This document shows, in pieces, positions 18,748 through 28,538 of a stretch of 64,000 nt of DNA. The translations under genes and the position numbers were made by a program. Origin of the DNA: an uncultured Candidatus Poseidoniales archaeon (GTDB lineage Archaea; Thermoplasmatota; Poseidoniia; Poseidoniales; CAYMED01); assembly GCA_964389655.1 (NCBI GenBank), contig CAYMED010000011.1, positions 1 through 64,000 of the forward strand. The letters run 5' to 3'. Numbering within the stretch: position 1 is the first letter of the stretch; every line of letters begins with the position of its first letter. The notes beneath the pieces were generated by a model, which had not been told where the DNA came from, made no database searches, and worked only from the letters and a program-made list of their open reading frames with translations.

Positions 18748-21700
18748 TCATTTTCGCCTTGCTATTGCAGCTGCAATGAGAAGCATTGCCACAGTTGCAA
18801 GCATTAGGAATAAACCCAGTCGTAATTGGGATAGCCCCCCTCCATTTTCTTGACTGACCAAATTGCATTGGCAACCATCTGCATTTCCATCATCATCTGA
18901 AAGCCCAACAATTTTTCCATTAGTTCCATCAGGACAGGTACAACTTTGCCCAAGAAGGTCTTGCATTGGATCGACAATTGGATCACTTGTATTTTCAGAT
19001 TGGCCTGTCGCATCTGAAGTCAGTGTCGTGTTTGTCTCAGTTTGGTTTGTAGTAACTTGGGATGTTGTATTATCTGAACTCGAATTTTCTGGACTGACGA
19101 CGACCGTTGGCAAACCTATTTTATTTTGAATGCTAAGATGTTCAGATGTGCAGGGGTTATAGTGGTCCTGGCCACAATGCTTTGTGGCAGCCTCGATTAT
19201 CCCCTCTACCAATGTTTCATTCGGGGTTAGCGAGGATGCAGTGAGACTCCAAGAAAATATCTGGCTTCCTAGGCCATCAACTTCTTGGACCCATACATAT
19301 GCGCCCATTGGCCCTGTGATGTGTGGTGATGAAGTTGACAATTTGAGCCCTGAATCGAATACAGGCGCAGCACAGGAATTGGTGAGGTTTGCTAGCAATA
19401 GAATTGTTTCGCCAGCATCCCAAACCGAATCTCGATTTGAGTTACTGTGGCTATAGTCCCACTGCAGATCCTCAATGTGCAGGCATTTCTCGGTTCCGGG
19501 TAGGTTTGGGTCGTGCCATGGTGGGTATATGATTCCTAAACCGGGCGTTCGTATACTGGAACCACATAATTCTGTTCCATTTGTTCCTGAAACAAGTTGT
19601 ATGAATGCGAGACATTTGAGGCCAAGTTCAGCCTCTTCAAGGAATTTCATTTTGGGTGCATGATCATCACCGTCGGATAGGTATGTATAGATTCCATTGA
19701 CGGTATTGGTGGAGTTCGAGCCGCTAAGTATCGAATTGATCGTAAGAAGCCTAGTTAATTCCTGCCATTCTGGAAAAGTCATGTTCGAGAAATTACACAA
19801 TAGTGCATCCCGTATCGGCATCATGTATGATGCAAGGCGCGCATATTCATTCAAGTTCGCATCAGTGATCTCACTGGACGACCAACTAATTGTATCGCCT
19901 TCTTGAAATGGGCTTACTTGAGGGTGCTTTGCGGTCCCGTTTGCATCAAGAACTTCGTTCCACCCATATTGAATAATTCCTTCATCCACATTGTGACAAG
20001 CGGTATTTGGCGAGGGGGTTCGCTCATATTCGGTGCTGTTGCTTTCAGTATCATTACCACTCGTATCATTGCCAGTCTCGTTGTTTTCCCGAGAGTATGC
20101 GCTTGCCGAAAATACAGCAATTCCGTGGCCAGGTAGGCTAACAGCCCCCGACTTTAGGTTGGCACCACCGAGGTGATCAGTATGGTTTGCAACACTCCAG
20201 TCCCCTGTGAGTTTTGAAGGGTCGAGGTTGAAGTTATACGCACTATTACCTCGGTTCATGAGGATAATTACTGAATCATTATTCGTCTCACGGGCAAATG
20301 CAATTGCGTCTGTGCTATTGTGCAATGATGTATAGTTCCCTCTCCGAAGTGGTTCTAGGTTGGTACGTAATTGCCCAAATTCACCCAAGGTTATCCGGAG
20401 ATCCATTTCCTGATGGCTCCAATTCGACATGTGCCTCCACATATGGCGATTATCTGGATCAGCCCCCCCATACTCACCATATTCATCCCCCATCCAAATC
20501 ATCGGAGCACCTGGCGTGAACATCAGCCAAGCAAATGCCTGACGGGCTGCAAGGTAAGGTACTTCAGATCCTGGCTGGCCGGGAAGTCCTTGCTCAAACC
20601 ACTGATTATTTTCATCATTTGTCCCAGGATCAGCGCGAGATGTAAATCGAGGCACATCATGGCTGCCGATAAAGGGAACCATCGTACTTCCACTAAGGTA
20701 TTGATCTTGGCTGCGGGCGGTCCAGTAATCTAGGTGGATATAATCCATGCTTCCCTCAACGAATACGTTGTCAACAACTGCGTGGTAAAGGACAAAATCA
20801 GCCTGCCCGTCCAATCCCCCGTCCCCAAGATATTGGTTAATTGTCCCATATTCGTCAGCATTGTCACCAAGTGAGTGGCCAGCCCACCCCATTGCAGTTT
20901 CACCTTTTAGGAATAAATCGACACCTCCAGTTTCAAAACGCCTCTCAGCTTGCGTCGCAAAATTCCGCATTGCTAGGTCATCAACATGCTTGACAGCATC
21001 AATTCTTGCTCCATCAAGGTTGAACCTTTCAACCCACCATAACGCATCATCTATGAACTGCTCACTCGCTTCCCGGTTCTTCCAATTGACGTCAGGCAAA
21101 TAGGGTCTGAATTGACAATCGAGACGGTAGGTGGTCCAATCACAACTTTCAGTACCACAAATACAGCCGCTATTGAACCACTCGGGGTGATCAGATACAT
21201 ACGTGTGGTCCTCATGAACGTGATTAAGGACAAAGTCTCCCATTACGCGTATCCCTCTAGCGTGCGCAACTTCAACTAGTGCCTGTAATTCTTCGCTCGT
21301 CCCCAAACGGGAATCAACTTCACGTGGCTTAATCGGCCAATATCCATGGTATGAACTGACCTGATGCTGATCATCAGCAGCCAATCCACTACGATTTGCA
21401 GCACTATTGAATGGGGTCAGCCAAATAGCCTTCACACCTAAATCATCAAAATAGCCCATGTCGATCATCTGAATCACTCCCTCAAAATCCCCACCAAGCC
21501 ATTCTGCTCCATCAGCAATATTGGGTTGAGGTGGGGGGTCATTTGATTGATTTCCATTGACAAATCGATCAGTCATAATCATGTAAATTAGAGCATCATC
21601 CCAACGGAAACCTGCTTCGCGGCCCGTCCAAAAGGGGATGATTAAATCTTCCGCGCTTTCGCCATCATTGTCGACCCCAGTGACATGGATTCTGTGTTTT

Positions 21701-22287
21701 CCATCAGGCAGCATGCTGAGATTCAAATCCCAAGCCTCCGAGGTCATATTGTATGTAGTAACGTTGGGATAGTACCCCTCAAGAAACTGTGGCCCTCCCG
21801 ATAGAAGTGAGACCCCATCTGACCCAGCATGCAACAATATTCGGCTGGGAAGCCCGGTGGTAGAATCAAGTTCGACGGTGAATGTAGACCGCGTATGGTT
21901 TTGCACACGAAGAAGTGAGTTCTCAATCCCCTCACAGTATCCCCGTTCGGGATTTTTCGGGTCAAATCGGTAATCATTCGCCCCGATTACGAATTTGTAG
22001 CAATAAATGCCTGGCAGTAGATCAAGGCTCGTTGACCAAAGACCACTTGCCGAATCGAATGCTAAATTCGAGTGTGTTGACCAATCCCACTCGCCAATGA
22101 GGCTTACATTCGATGGCTGCTGCTCTCCTTGTGATGGCCCCCAACTAAAATTCGTCATTGAATCTCGAACCCTGAGGGGTGCTGAAACCCCTCTGGCATC
22201 GTCTTCAGTTGCATCAACCATTGGCATCGATGAACAGGCTAAAAGAAGAATCACGAGGAAAAGAGACAGGCGCCTAGCATCAGACAT
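18748..22287 (-). CDS. Membrane-anchored GH13 alpha-amylase family enzyme with N-terminal CBM48-like domain
   Basis: Signal peptide; L.PGIYCYKFVI (CBM48-like); DRFVNG, GGDFEG, YHGYW, DFVLNH, RIDAVKH, KGE, SHDVPR, DPDNR; C-terminal TM plus RRK. Confidence 0.92.
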   Translation of the reverse strand: MSDARRLSLFLVILLLACSSMPMVDATEDDARGVSAPLRVRDSMTNFSWGPSQGEQQPSNVSLIGEWDWSTHSNLAFDSASGLWSTSLDLLPGIYCYKFVIGANDYRFDPKNPERGYCEGIENSLLRVQNHTRSTFTVELDSTTGLPSRILLHAGSDGVSLLSGGPQFLEGYYPNVTTYNMTSEAWDLNLSMLPDGKHRIHVTGVDNDGESAEDLIIPFWTGREAGFRWDDALIYMIMTDRFVNGNQSNDPPPQPNIADGAEWLGGDFEGVIQMIDMGYFDDLGVKAIWLTPFNSAANRSGLAADDQHQVSSYHGYWPIKPREVDSRLGTSEELQALVEVAHARGIRVMGDFVLNHVHEDHTYVSDHPEWFNSGCICGTESCDWTTYRLDCQFRPYLPDVNWKNREASEQFIDDALWWVERFNLDGARIDAVKHVDDLAMRNFATQAERRFETGGVDLFLKGETAMGWAGHSLGDNADEYGTINQYLGDGGLDGQADFVLYHAVVDNVFVEGSMDYIHLDYWTARSQDQYLSGSTMVPFIGSHDVPRFTSRADPGTNDENNQWFEQGLPGQPGSEVPYLAARQAFAWLMFTPGAPMIWMGDEYGEYGGADPDNRHMWRHMSNWSHQEMDLRITLGEFGQLRTNLEPLRRGNYTSLHNSTDAIAFARETNNDSVIILMNRGNSAYNFNLDPSKLTGDWSVANHTDHLGGANLKSGAVSLPGHGIAVFSASAYSRENNETGNDTSGNDTESNSTEYERTPSPNTACHNVDEGIIQYGWNEVLDANGTAKHPQVSPFQEGDTISWSSSEITDANLNEYARLASYMMPIRDALLCNFSNMTFPEWQELTRLLTINSILSGSNSTNTVNGIYTYLSDGDDHAPKMKFLEEAELGLKCLAFIQLVSGTNGTELCGSSIRTPGLGIIYPPWHDPNLPGTEKCLHIEDLQWDYSHSNSNRDSVWDAGETILLLANLTNSCAAPVFDSGLKLSTSSPHITGPMGAYVWVQEVDGLGSQIFSWSLTASSLTPNETLVEGIIEAATKHCGQDHYNPCTSEHLSIQNKIGLPTVVVSPENSSSDNTTSQVTTNQTETNTTLTSDATGQSENTSDPIVDPMQDLLGQSCTCPDGTNGKIVGLSDDDGNADGCQCNLVSQENGGGLSQLRLGLFLMLATVAMLLIAAAIARRK

Positions 22288-23344
22288 CGAATATCCTTGC
22301 TGAAGGAAGACCTATTTCTATGTGAAGGTGTTTATCGTCATTTTGGCTGAAATTGGCGTCGAGGTGATCCAATTGCTGAGACCGCGCAAGGATTCTGTGC
22401 CCCATTGCATCTAGATGCCAAATGTTTTCGCCGCCTAGGTGTTCAACACCAATGATTGTGCAGCGAATACCTCCATGTTCTGAGAATACTACGTCTTCTG
22501 GACGAATTCCGTATATGCATACCCCTTCCTTTTTAGAGAGGGATTTTGGTATGGCAAATGATAATTCACCCGCCACGAACCGCCCTTCCAAGACTTCGCC
22601 CCTTATGAGGTTCATCGGAGGAGTTCCTAGAAATGATGCAACAAAGGAATTGGAGGGATTTTGATACGCCTCCAAAGGTGTGGAATGCTGCTGCAAAACT
22701 CCTCCGTCCATCACTGCGATCCGATCCGCGAGAGTCATTGCCTCGATTTGGTCATGTGTTACATAAACTGTGGTGGTGCCTAACTCTTCGTGGAGGCGTC
22801 GCAATTCAACGCGCATTCTAGTGCGCAATTTCGCATCAAGATTGGAGAGTGGTTCGTCCATTAAGAGTACTCTCGGACGCCGTACGAGTGCACGCCCTAG
22901 CGCCACACGTTGCCTCTGCCCACCAGATATGTCTCGTGGTTTTTTGTCAAGTATATCTTGAAGGTCAAGAAGTTCAGCGGTCTCTGAAACTCTCTCCCCA
23001 ATTTCCGCCTTTGCCAAACGATTTTCTCCCTTATCCATGCGTAGCCCGAAGGATAGATTGTCATGCACATTCATGTGGGGGTACAGGGCGTATGATTGGA
23101 ACACCATCCCAAGCCCTCGTGCGCCTGGTGGGAGGTGATTGATGACAGTGTCATCGATCAATATTTCACCATCAGTCACTTCTTCGAGGCCAGCTAGCAT
23201 GCGCAATGTTGTCGATTTCCCGCATCCAGATGGACCCACAAGAACAAGGAATTCCTTGTCATTGACTTCTAAATTAAGAGAGTCGACTGCGAGGGTTCCG
23301 TCTTCGTATCTCTTGCTTACTCCGTTAAAGCGTACTTTTACCAA
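22280..23344 (-). CDS. malK: Sugar ABC transporter ATP-binding subunit
   Basis: GPSGCGKST, VFQSYALYPHM, ISGGQRQR, DEPLSNLD, YVTHDQ, FLGTPPMN; TTG start at 23344 preceded by SD-like GGGGTGA. Confidence 0.93.
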   Translation of the reverse strand: MVKVRFNGVSKRYEDGTLAVDSLNLEVNDKEFLVLVGPSGCGKSTTLRMLAGLEEVTDGEILIDDTVINHLPPGARGLGMVFQSYALYPHMNVHDNLSFGLRMDKGENRLAKAEIGERVSETAELLDLQDILDKKPRDISGGQRQRVALGRALVRRPRVLLMDEPLSNLDAKLRTRMRVELRRLHEELGTTTVYVTHDQIEAMTLADRIAVMDGGVLQQHSTPLEAYQNPSNSFVASFLGTPPMNLIRGEVLEGRFVAGELSFAIPKSLSKKEGVCIYGIRPEDVVFSEHGGIRCTIIGVEHLGGENIWHLDAMGHRILARSQQLDHLDANFSQNDDKHLHIEIGLPSARIFDV

Positions 23345-23348
23345 AACA

Positions 23349-24593
23349 TCACCCCTTGACTCCACCGGCACTGAGCCCCTCAATGAGGAATCGCTGGAAA
23401 ATGATGAAAAGGGCCACAACTGGCAGGCTTACCAGCAGGGATGCTGCCGCAAAATCACCCCAAGACTGCCCAGTTGCTGAAATCATTGACGCCAAGCCCA
23501 CGGGGAGGGTTGTCATCTCATTTGAGGTATTGAATGTCAGTGCAAGAAGAAATTCATTCCACGCGGCGAGAAAGCTGAACAGCGCCGTAACTGCAATAGC
23601 GGGGACTGATAGGGGCAGGACGATCTTCGCGAAAATTTGTGTTTGTGAGCATCCATCGAGAAGGGCTGCCTCTTCCAATTCTCTAGGCACTGTATCGAAG
23701 AACCCCTTCAGCATCCATACACATAGTGGCAATGCAGTTACTGAGTAGGCCAATATCAATCCGTACCAAGTGTTGAGCAATCCTAGACTCTTCATGACAA
23801 GAAAATATGGAACTAGAATGATGACCCCTGGAAACATCTGTACTAACAGGAAGGCGAACATGCCTGATTCTCGCCCACGAAACTTCCAGCGGCTAAATGC
23901 ATAGCCTGCAGGTATGGCTAGGAGTAGGCCAAGAATTGTAGTGCCAATCGCAACAATTGCGGAATTTCGGAGCCATAGCCAAAAAGACTCTCCCCGCAAG
24001 ATGTACGCGAAGTGTTCAACAGTAACGGCATCTAGAAATTTACCACCTAACGCATTCCCGGGTGAAATGGCGGTGTCAATAACCCATAATATTGGGAAGA
24101 CTGACAACATAACTGCGTGAAGTAATAGTACATGGGTTCCAACTGCGAGCCACCTTGGCCTTAATACACCATTTCTCACTAAGCCCTCAGCTGCCATCTT
24201 TGGCGTCATTGCCAGGTCAGTCCACTCGGAGACGCGCGGGTTTGACAACCACAACAGACTAAGAAACGCGGGGACAATTAGCCACGAGAAAGTCCAGATG
24301 TCGACAAAACTGCGGTAACTTGCAGCAAAGTGTAACATGGCAATTAGTAAGACAAGCCCAGAACTAAGGAGAGACAAGTCTCGTCGCGTATTGGAAGTGC
24401 CATCAGGCAATGATACGATCAGGAGAGTGAGGGATGCAACCCCAAGTATCGATAAATACATGCTAATTTGATCATCGCGCACAATGTCGAGGCATGTTGC
24501 CATCATCTGCACGGTTAGGGCAATAGGCAATAGCACACGCAGGGTGGTAACTTCAAGAGGCACATACCATTGTAAAGCAAGGTCGTCCTTCAC
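23349..24593 (-). CDS. malG: Maltose/maltodextrin ABC permease MalG with an extra N-terminal membrane region
   Basis: LKGFFDTVPRELEEAALLDGC (EAA loop), AWNEF, LSAGGVKG end; GTG start overlaps the malF stop (GTGA). Confidence 0.9.
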   Translation of the reverse strand: MKDDLALQWYVPLEVTTLRVLLPIALTVQMMATCLDIVRDDQISMYLSILGVASLTLLIVSLPDGTSNTRRDLSLLSSGLVLLIAMLHFAASYRSFVDIWTFSWLIVPAFLSLLWLSNPRVSEWTDLAMTPKMAAEGLVRNGVLRPRWLAVGTHVLLLHAVMLSVFPILWVIDTAISPGNALGGKFLDAVTVEHFAYILRGESFWLWLRNSAIVAIGTTILGLLLAIPAGYAFSRWKFRGRESGMFAFLLVQMFPGVIILVPYFLVMKSLGLLNTWYGLILAYSVTALPLCVWMLKGFFDTVPRELEEAALLDGCSQTQIFAKIVLPLSVPAIAVTALFSFLAAWNEFLLALTFNTSNEMTTLPVGLASMISATGQSWGDFAAASLLVSLPVVALFIIFQRFLIEGLSAGGVKG

Positions 24594-26110
24594 GACACCG
24601 CCTCCATCGCAGATGTTTTCCGCATGTAGATCCACGAGAATGAAAGAAGCATCATGAAAATCACAACTGACCAAGCCGCTGCAATACCATAAGCACCTTC
24701 TCGGAAGGCAACATCATACACATATGTAATCAGAATATCAGTTGAACCCGGCTCCCCAAACCAGAGGTTTGGCCCACCATCTGTCAAAAGGTAAATGACA
24801 TTGAACATGTTAAATGTCCAGATAAATCCAAGCAGGGACAAGGGCACGATAGCCGATTTAAGATGGGGTAGCGTAAGGTGCCGAAAGCGACTCCAAGATC
24901 CGATGCCATCTACGCGAGCTGCTTCGTGCATGTCTGTAGGGATTGATTGTAGCGCACCAGATAGCGACATCATCATGAATGGCACGCCGAGCCAAATGTT
25001 GACCATTATAACTACTGTCCGAGCCCCTGACGGGTTGGATAGGAAGTCGATATTTGTTCCTAATATATCGTTCAAAATCCCGTCAGGCTGTAGCATTCCT
25101 TTCCAAATGAGTACGGATATGTAAGATGGTACTGCCCAGGGAAGGAGTAGAGCTGTTCGATATGCGACTCGACCACGGATATTTGGTTGGTTTAGAATGA
25201 GAGCCAAAACAAGTCCAAGGCCCACGTGGAATGCAACATTGACAACTGTCCAAATAAGTGTGAAAGTAGTTACTCGAAGAAAACCAGATGCCGTAAATAC
25301 CTCGATATAATTGGCGAGGCCGACAAATGATTCGTCGCCCAAGTGCGTCCGATCGGCATCTGTGAAGCCTAACCACATTCCATAAATGACTGGGTAAAAT
25401 GTTAGGATAGTCAAGGCGAGCAGGGCTGGAGCAATGTATAGGTGTGCAGAGCGAGAGGATGTGCGCCCATCTTTTGCATCCAGCCACCGGAAAGTAGCTA
25501 GAAGCGCAATGAGGGAGAGGCCGATGCTCCCGATTGCAAAGAGAACTGGTGACGTGTTTGGTGGAGGTGGGGCATCATCAACTGCTGAAGATATTGCATT
25601 TATAGAATTCAATTCGAGTTCGGCAATCTTGTCTGTGAATGTCCTACTTGCATTTGCTCCATGATCTAGGACCCCGACCCTTACTTCTTTTCCACTTGGC
25701 ATTCCAGTGAGTTCCATTCGTATGGCTGCAGATTGAGCGCCCACGATTTCTGCCAATGCAGATCCGTTCTGATTGCGTCGTATGGGTTCCCAAATGCCTC
25801 CTTCGACCGATATCCACCCATCATCATACCACGTTCCTGGATCAGGCTGTGTTGAAGCGGTAGTGTTTGCAATTCTGGCAAAGATGATTGAATGCAACTC
25901 CCAAGTGGTGGTGTTGTTCGCATTTGGCATGCCAATCCAAATTTCCAAGTCACGTTCCTCATTGACAACCTCAAGATAAATTTCAATCTGTAACTTTCTG
26001 TATCCTGATTCAGAGCCATCTACCGCAAATTCAAGATCGCCTTTAGCTGCTGAAATCATGGCCAATTGTGGAATCATCAGAATTAGCAGAAGGAAGGATT
26101 TAGACATCAT
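24590..26110 (-). CDS. malF: Maltose/maltodextrin ABC permease MalF with N-terminal ectodomain
   Basis: FVGLANY, LLPWAVPSY, VNIWLGVPFMM, EAARVDG, FNMFNVIYLL, GSTDILITY. Confidence 0.9.
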   Translation of the reverse strand: MMSKSFLLLILMIPQLAMISAAKGDLEFAVDGSESGYRKLQIEIYLEVVNEERDLEIWIGMPNANNTTTWELHSIIFARIANTTASTQPDPGTWYDDGWISVEGGIWEPIRRNQNGSALAEIVGAQSAAIRMELTGMPSGKEVRVGVLDHGANASRTFTDKIAELELNSINAISSAVDDAPPPPNTSPVLFAIGSIGLSLIALLATFRWLDAKDGRTSSRSAHLYIAPALLALTILTFYPVIYGMWLGFTDADRTHLGDESFVGLANYIEVFTASGFLRVTTFTLIWTVVNVAFHVGLGLVLALILNQPNIRGRVAYRTALLLPWAVPSYISVLIWKGMLQPDGILNDILGTNIDFLSNPSGARTVVIMVNIWLGVPFMMMSLSGALQSIPTDMHEAARVDGIGSWSRFRHLTLPHLKSAIVPLSLLGFIWTFNMFNVIYLLTDGGPNLWFGEPGSTDILITYVYDVAFREGAYGIAAAWSVVIFMMLLSFSWIYMRKTSAMEAVS

Positions 26111-26114
26111 GCCA

Positions 26115-27443
26115 CTATTCCTCCAGCTTGCTGATCAATTCTTCCTGTGCTGCTTGTAGAGCAAAATTTGGGTCCATTGCTATTTCAGTGCTATACACGT
26201 TGTCGAATGCAGTTGATAATGGCCCATATACAAGCGACATGGCCCGATTAGTTGGTGCAGGTGTACCAAGCTGTAATTGTTCTATGAATCCGCTGAGGAC
26301 TGGGTTCGATGTGATTCTTTGATCATCATACAATACTCTAGCAGTAGGCAACGTATATGTTTCAATGGCATAATTCCTTTGATTATTCACTGATGTTAGG
26401 TGGAGTGCCAATTCAACCGCTGATTCCTTGTATTGGCTTCGTTTGGAGACAGACCAGCCTTTGAATGTTACAAGAGGTGACATGCGCTCACCTGTTGAAG
26501 AGACATAGGGGAGCAAGGTTTGGCTGACATTTAGCCGCCCAACCGTTTCATAAGTTGCCCAATTCCATGGGCCATCGATAATCATAGCAGCCTCACTATT
26601 GAGAAAATGCGTTTTCATATTCTCTCTCTGGGTACCATTATGCATGAGTAGGTGCTTCTGCTCAAGGTCGAACAAGTATTCCAGAGATTCCGCTGAGCCA
26701 CTTGAATTGAGAGAGGGTGATCCATATTCGTCAAAGAGACGGCCCCCGAATCCGGATTGAAAGGGGAACCACCAATATGGGACTTTGACAGGTAGAGACA
26801 GGCCTGCTTGAGATACCTTAGATCCCTCGGGTCCTTGCTCATATGCCGTTAGGTTCTTTGCGATTTCAAGCATCTCTTCAATCGTCCAATTGTCATGCGG
26901 CCTTGCCGCCCCTTTCGGAAAAAGGGCGTCATTCCACAGTAAAGAAAGACAATCCTGGCTTGCAGGGAGCCCTAACAATTCAGACCCGTATTTCATCGCA
27001 TGCAATGCGCGTTCATCGAACAGGCTTCTGTCCATTGGGGTGAGGTGTGCTCGCAGGTCCTCCAAAAGGGGGAATCCATCAACTCGGACTTCTCCAATCT
27101 CCCCTAGTTGGTCAGAGGAAAGGCGGATAAGGTCTGGTGCCTCACCCCCTTGGGCAGCCACCATGAATTGTGTGTGCGCATTCGAATATGGAACTCGAGT
27201 AATAACAACACTAACATGTTCGTTCATCCTTTCAAATTCAGCGATACTACGTATGAATACATCTTCTTCTTTGCTATCTGCAGAAAAAGTATGCCAAATT
27301 ATGAGTTCACCTTGGGTTTCTAATTGTATCAGTTGGGTCGATGAATTACCCCCTGCAGCGGGGGGATGAGTTGATTGGTCTGTTGAAGTCAAGCACCCTG
27401 CTGCAAATAACATTGCGATAAGCAAGCACAAAGCACTACGCAC
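26115..27443 (-). CDS. malE: Maltodextrin-binding lipoprotein (extracellular solute-binding protein family 1)
   Basis: Lipobox-like FAAGC; IIWH, GEAPDL, AMIIDGPW; first gene of the malEFGK-amylase run. Confidence 0.85.
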   Translation of the reverse strand: MRSALCLLIAMLFAAGCLTSTDQSTHPPAAGGNSSTQLIQLETQGELIIWHTFSADSKEEDVFIRSIAEFERMNEHVSVVITRVPYSNAHTQFMVAAQGGEAPDLIRLSSDQLGEIGEVRVDGFPLLEDLRAHLTPMDRSLFDERALHAMKYGSELLGLPASQDCLSLLWNDALFPKGAARPHDNWTIEEMLEIAKNLTAYEQGPEGSKVSQAGLSLPVKVPYWWFPFQSGFGGRLFDEYGSPSLNSSGSAESLEYLFDLEQKHLLMHNGTQRENMKTHFLNSEAAMIIDGPWNWATYETVGRLNVSQTLLPYVSSTGERMSPLVTFKGWSVSKRSQYKESAVELALHLTSVNNQRNYAIETYTLPTARVLYDDQRITSNPVLSGFIEQLQLGTPAPTNRAMSLVYGPLSTAFDNVYSTEIAMDPNFALQAAQEELISKLEE

Positions 27444-27483
27444 GAGACTTGCACTTAGCGTCAGGTAATAGTTTATGTCAACT

Positions 27484-28482
27484 TTAATTCACTTCATTAC
27501 TCAGAACCCGCAGGTCTTCAATAAATGCCTCTTGATCAAAATCCGAGGTGTATATTGTGGTCCAAGCAACGCGTTTTCGTCCTTCCTGATCGAGAATGAA
27601 TGCAAGTGTGGAATGGCCAATATCATAGTCATAATTTTCAGCGGATGAACTATTCATTTCTGGATTTTTCAGTAGGGATGTGTTAGATCCTTCAGCCACC
27701 CACGCAATATGGTTCGCATCTTCTGAAATGATGAATTCGTCCGGATTTTTGCTGCTTTTCATCCAGTGGCTAAAAGTTCCCATGTCATGCCACATGTAGA
27801 GGTCCCACGTGGTGTTTTGCGAGCCATTAATGCTTGAAACACTTCCATTTTCTCCTTCGTTAAAGGACATGTTTTGCTCTTCAAAAACTTGTCTTGTCAG
27901 ATTAATCGCAGTGCTGGCATTTTGTATCCCTCTCTGCATGGATTTCGTGGTGTTGTCAGGGTAGATTACAGAGACCTGATGATGCTCAACGAGTTTTTCA
28001 TCCAAATGCCCACTTTCAACTACGATGCCGAATTGTGCCCACACATCTGAGATTAGTGCGTGATTTGTGTGTGTTAAATGAGGCCAGGTATATCCCATGT
28101 CCTCTGTCCAATTTGCAAGATGTTCTACTGTGTCTCTTGCCGGGTCAATCGAGATGGAGATGATGGCTACCTTGTCTTTCATATCGCCGAGAAGGTTTTG
28201 GACTGTGAATAGATTTGCTTCAGTCATGAGGCAAATATCAGGGCAGGAAGTGTAGGTGAAAGTTATGATGACGATTTTCCCTCGATAATCCGTTAGGGAT
28301 TTAATATTACCATGTTGGTCGAAAAGCATGAAATTTTCCTCTGCATGGCCTATGGGGAATGGCAATCCGTTGAAATATGGCTCTTCGGATGTTACCTCTC
28401 CCCCTTCTTTCTCGCTTCCGATACATCCGGGGAGCACACAGAGGGTGGCCAATAGAATTGCAGTTGCAGTCCTATCCTTCAT
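27484..28482 (-). CDS. SCO1/SenC copper chaperone, lipoprotein-like, with an inserted domain
   Basis: VLPGC lipobox; FTYTSCPDIC (CxxxC), ISIDPARDT, YDIGHS..FILDQEG (His ligand). Confidence 0.9.
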   Translation of the reverse strand: MKDRTATAILLATLCVLPGCIGSEKEGGEVTSEEPYFNGLPFPIGHAEENFMLFDQHGNIKSLTDYRGKIVIITFTYTSCPDICLMTEANLFTVQNLLGDMKDKVAIISISIDPARDTVEHLANWTEDMGYTWPHLTHTNHALISDVWAQFGIVVESGHLDEKLVEHHQVSVIYPDNTTKSMQRGIQNASTAINLTRQVFEEQNMSFNEGENGSVSSINGSQNTTWDLYMWHDMGTFSHWMKSSKNPDEFIISEDANHIAWVAEGSNTSLLKNPEMNSSSAENYDYDIGHSTLAFILDQEGRKRVAWTTIYTSDFDQEAFIEDLRVLSNEVN

Positions 28483-28538
28483 AGATCTTACAGTCCCACC
28501 TATGCATCTCGTCAAATGAGGAGTGTATAGCCACTTCG

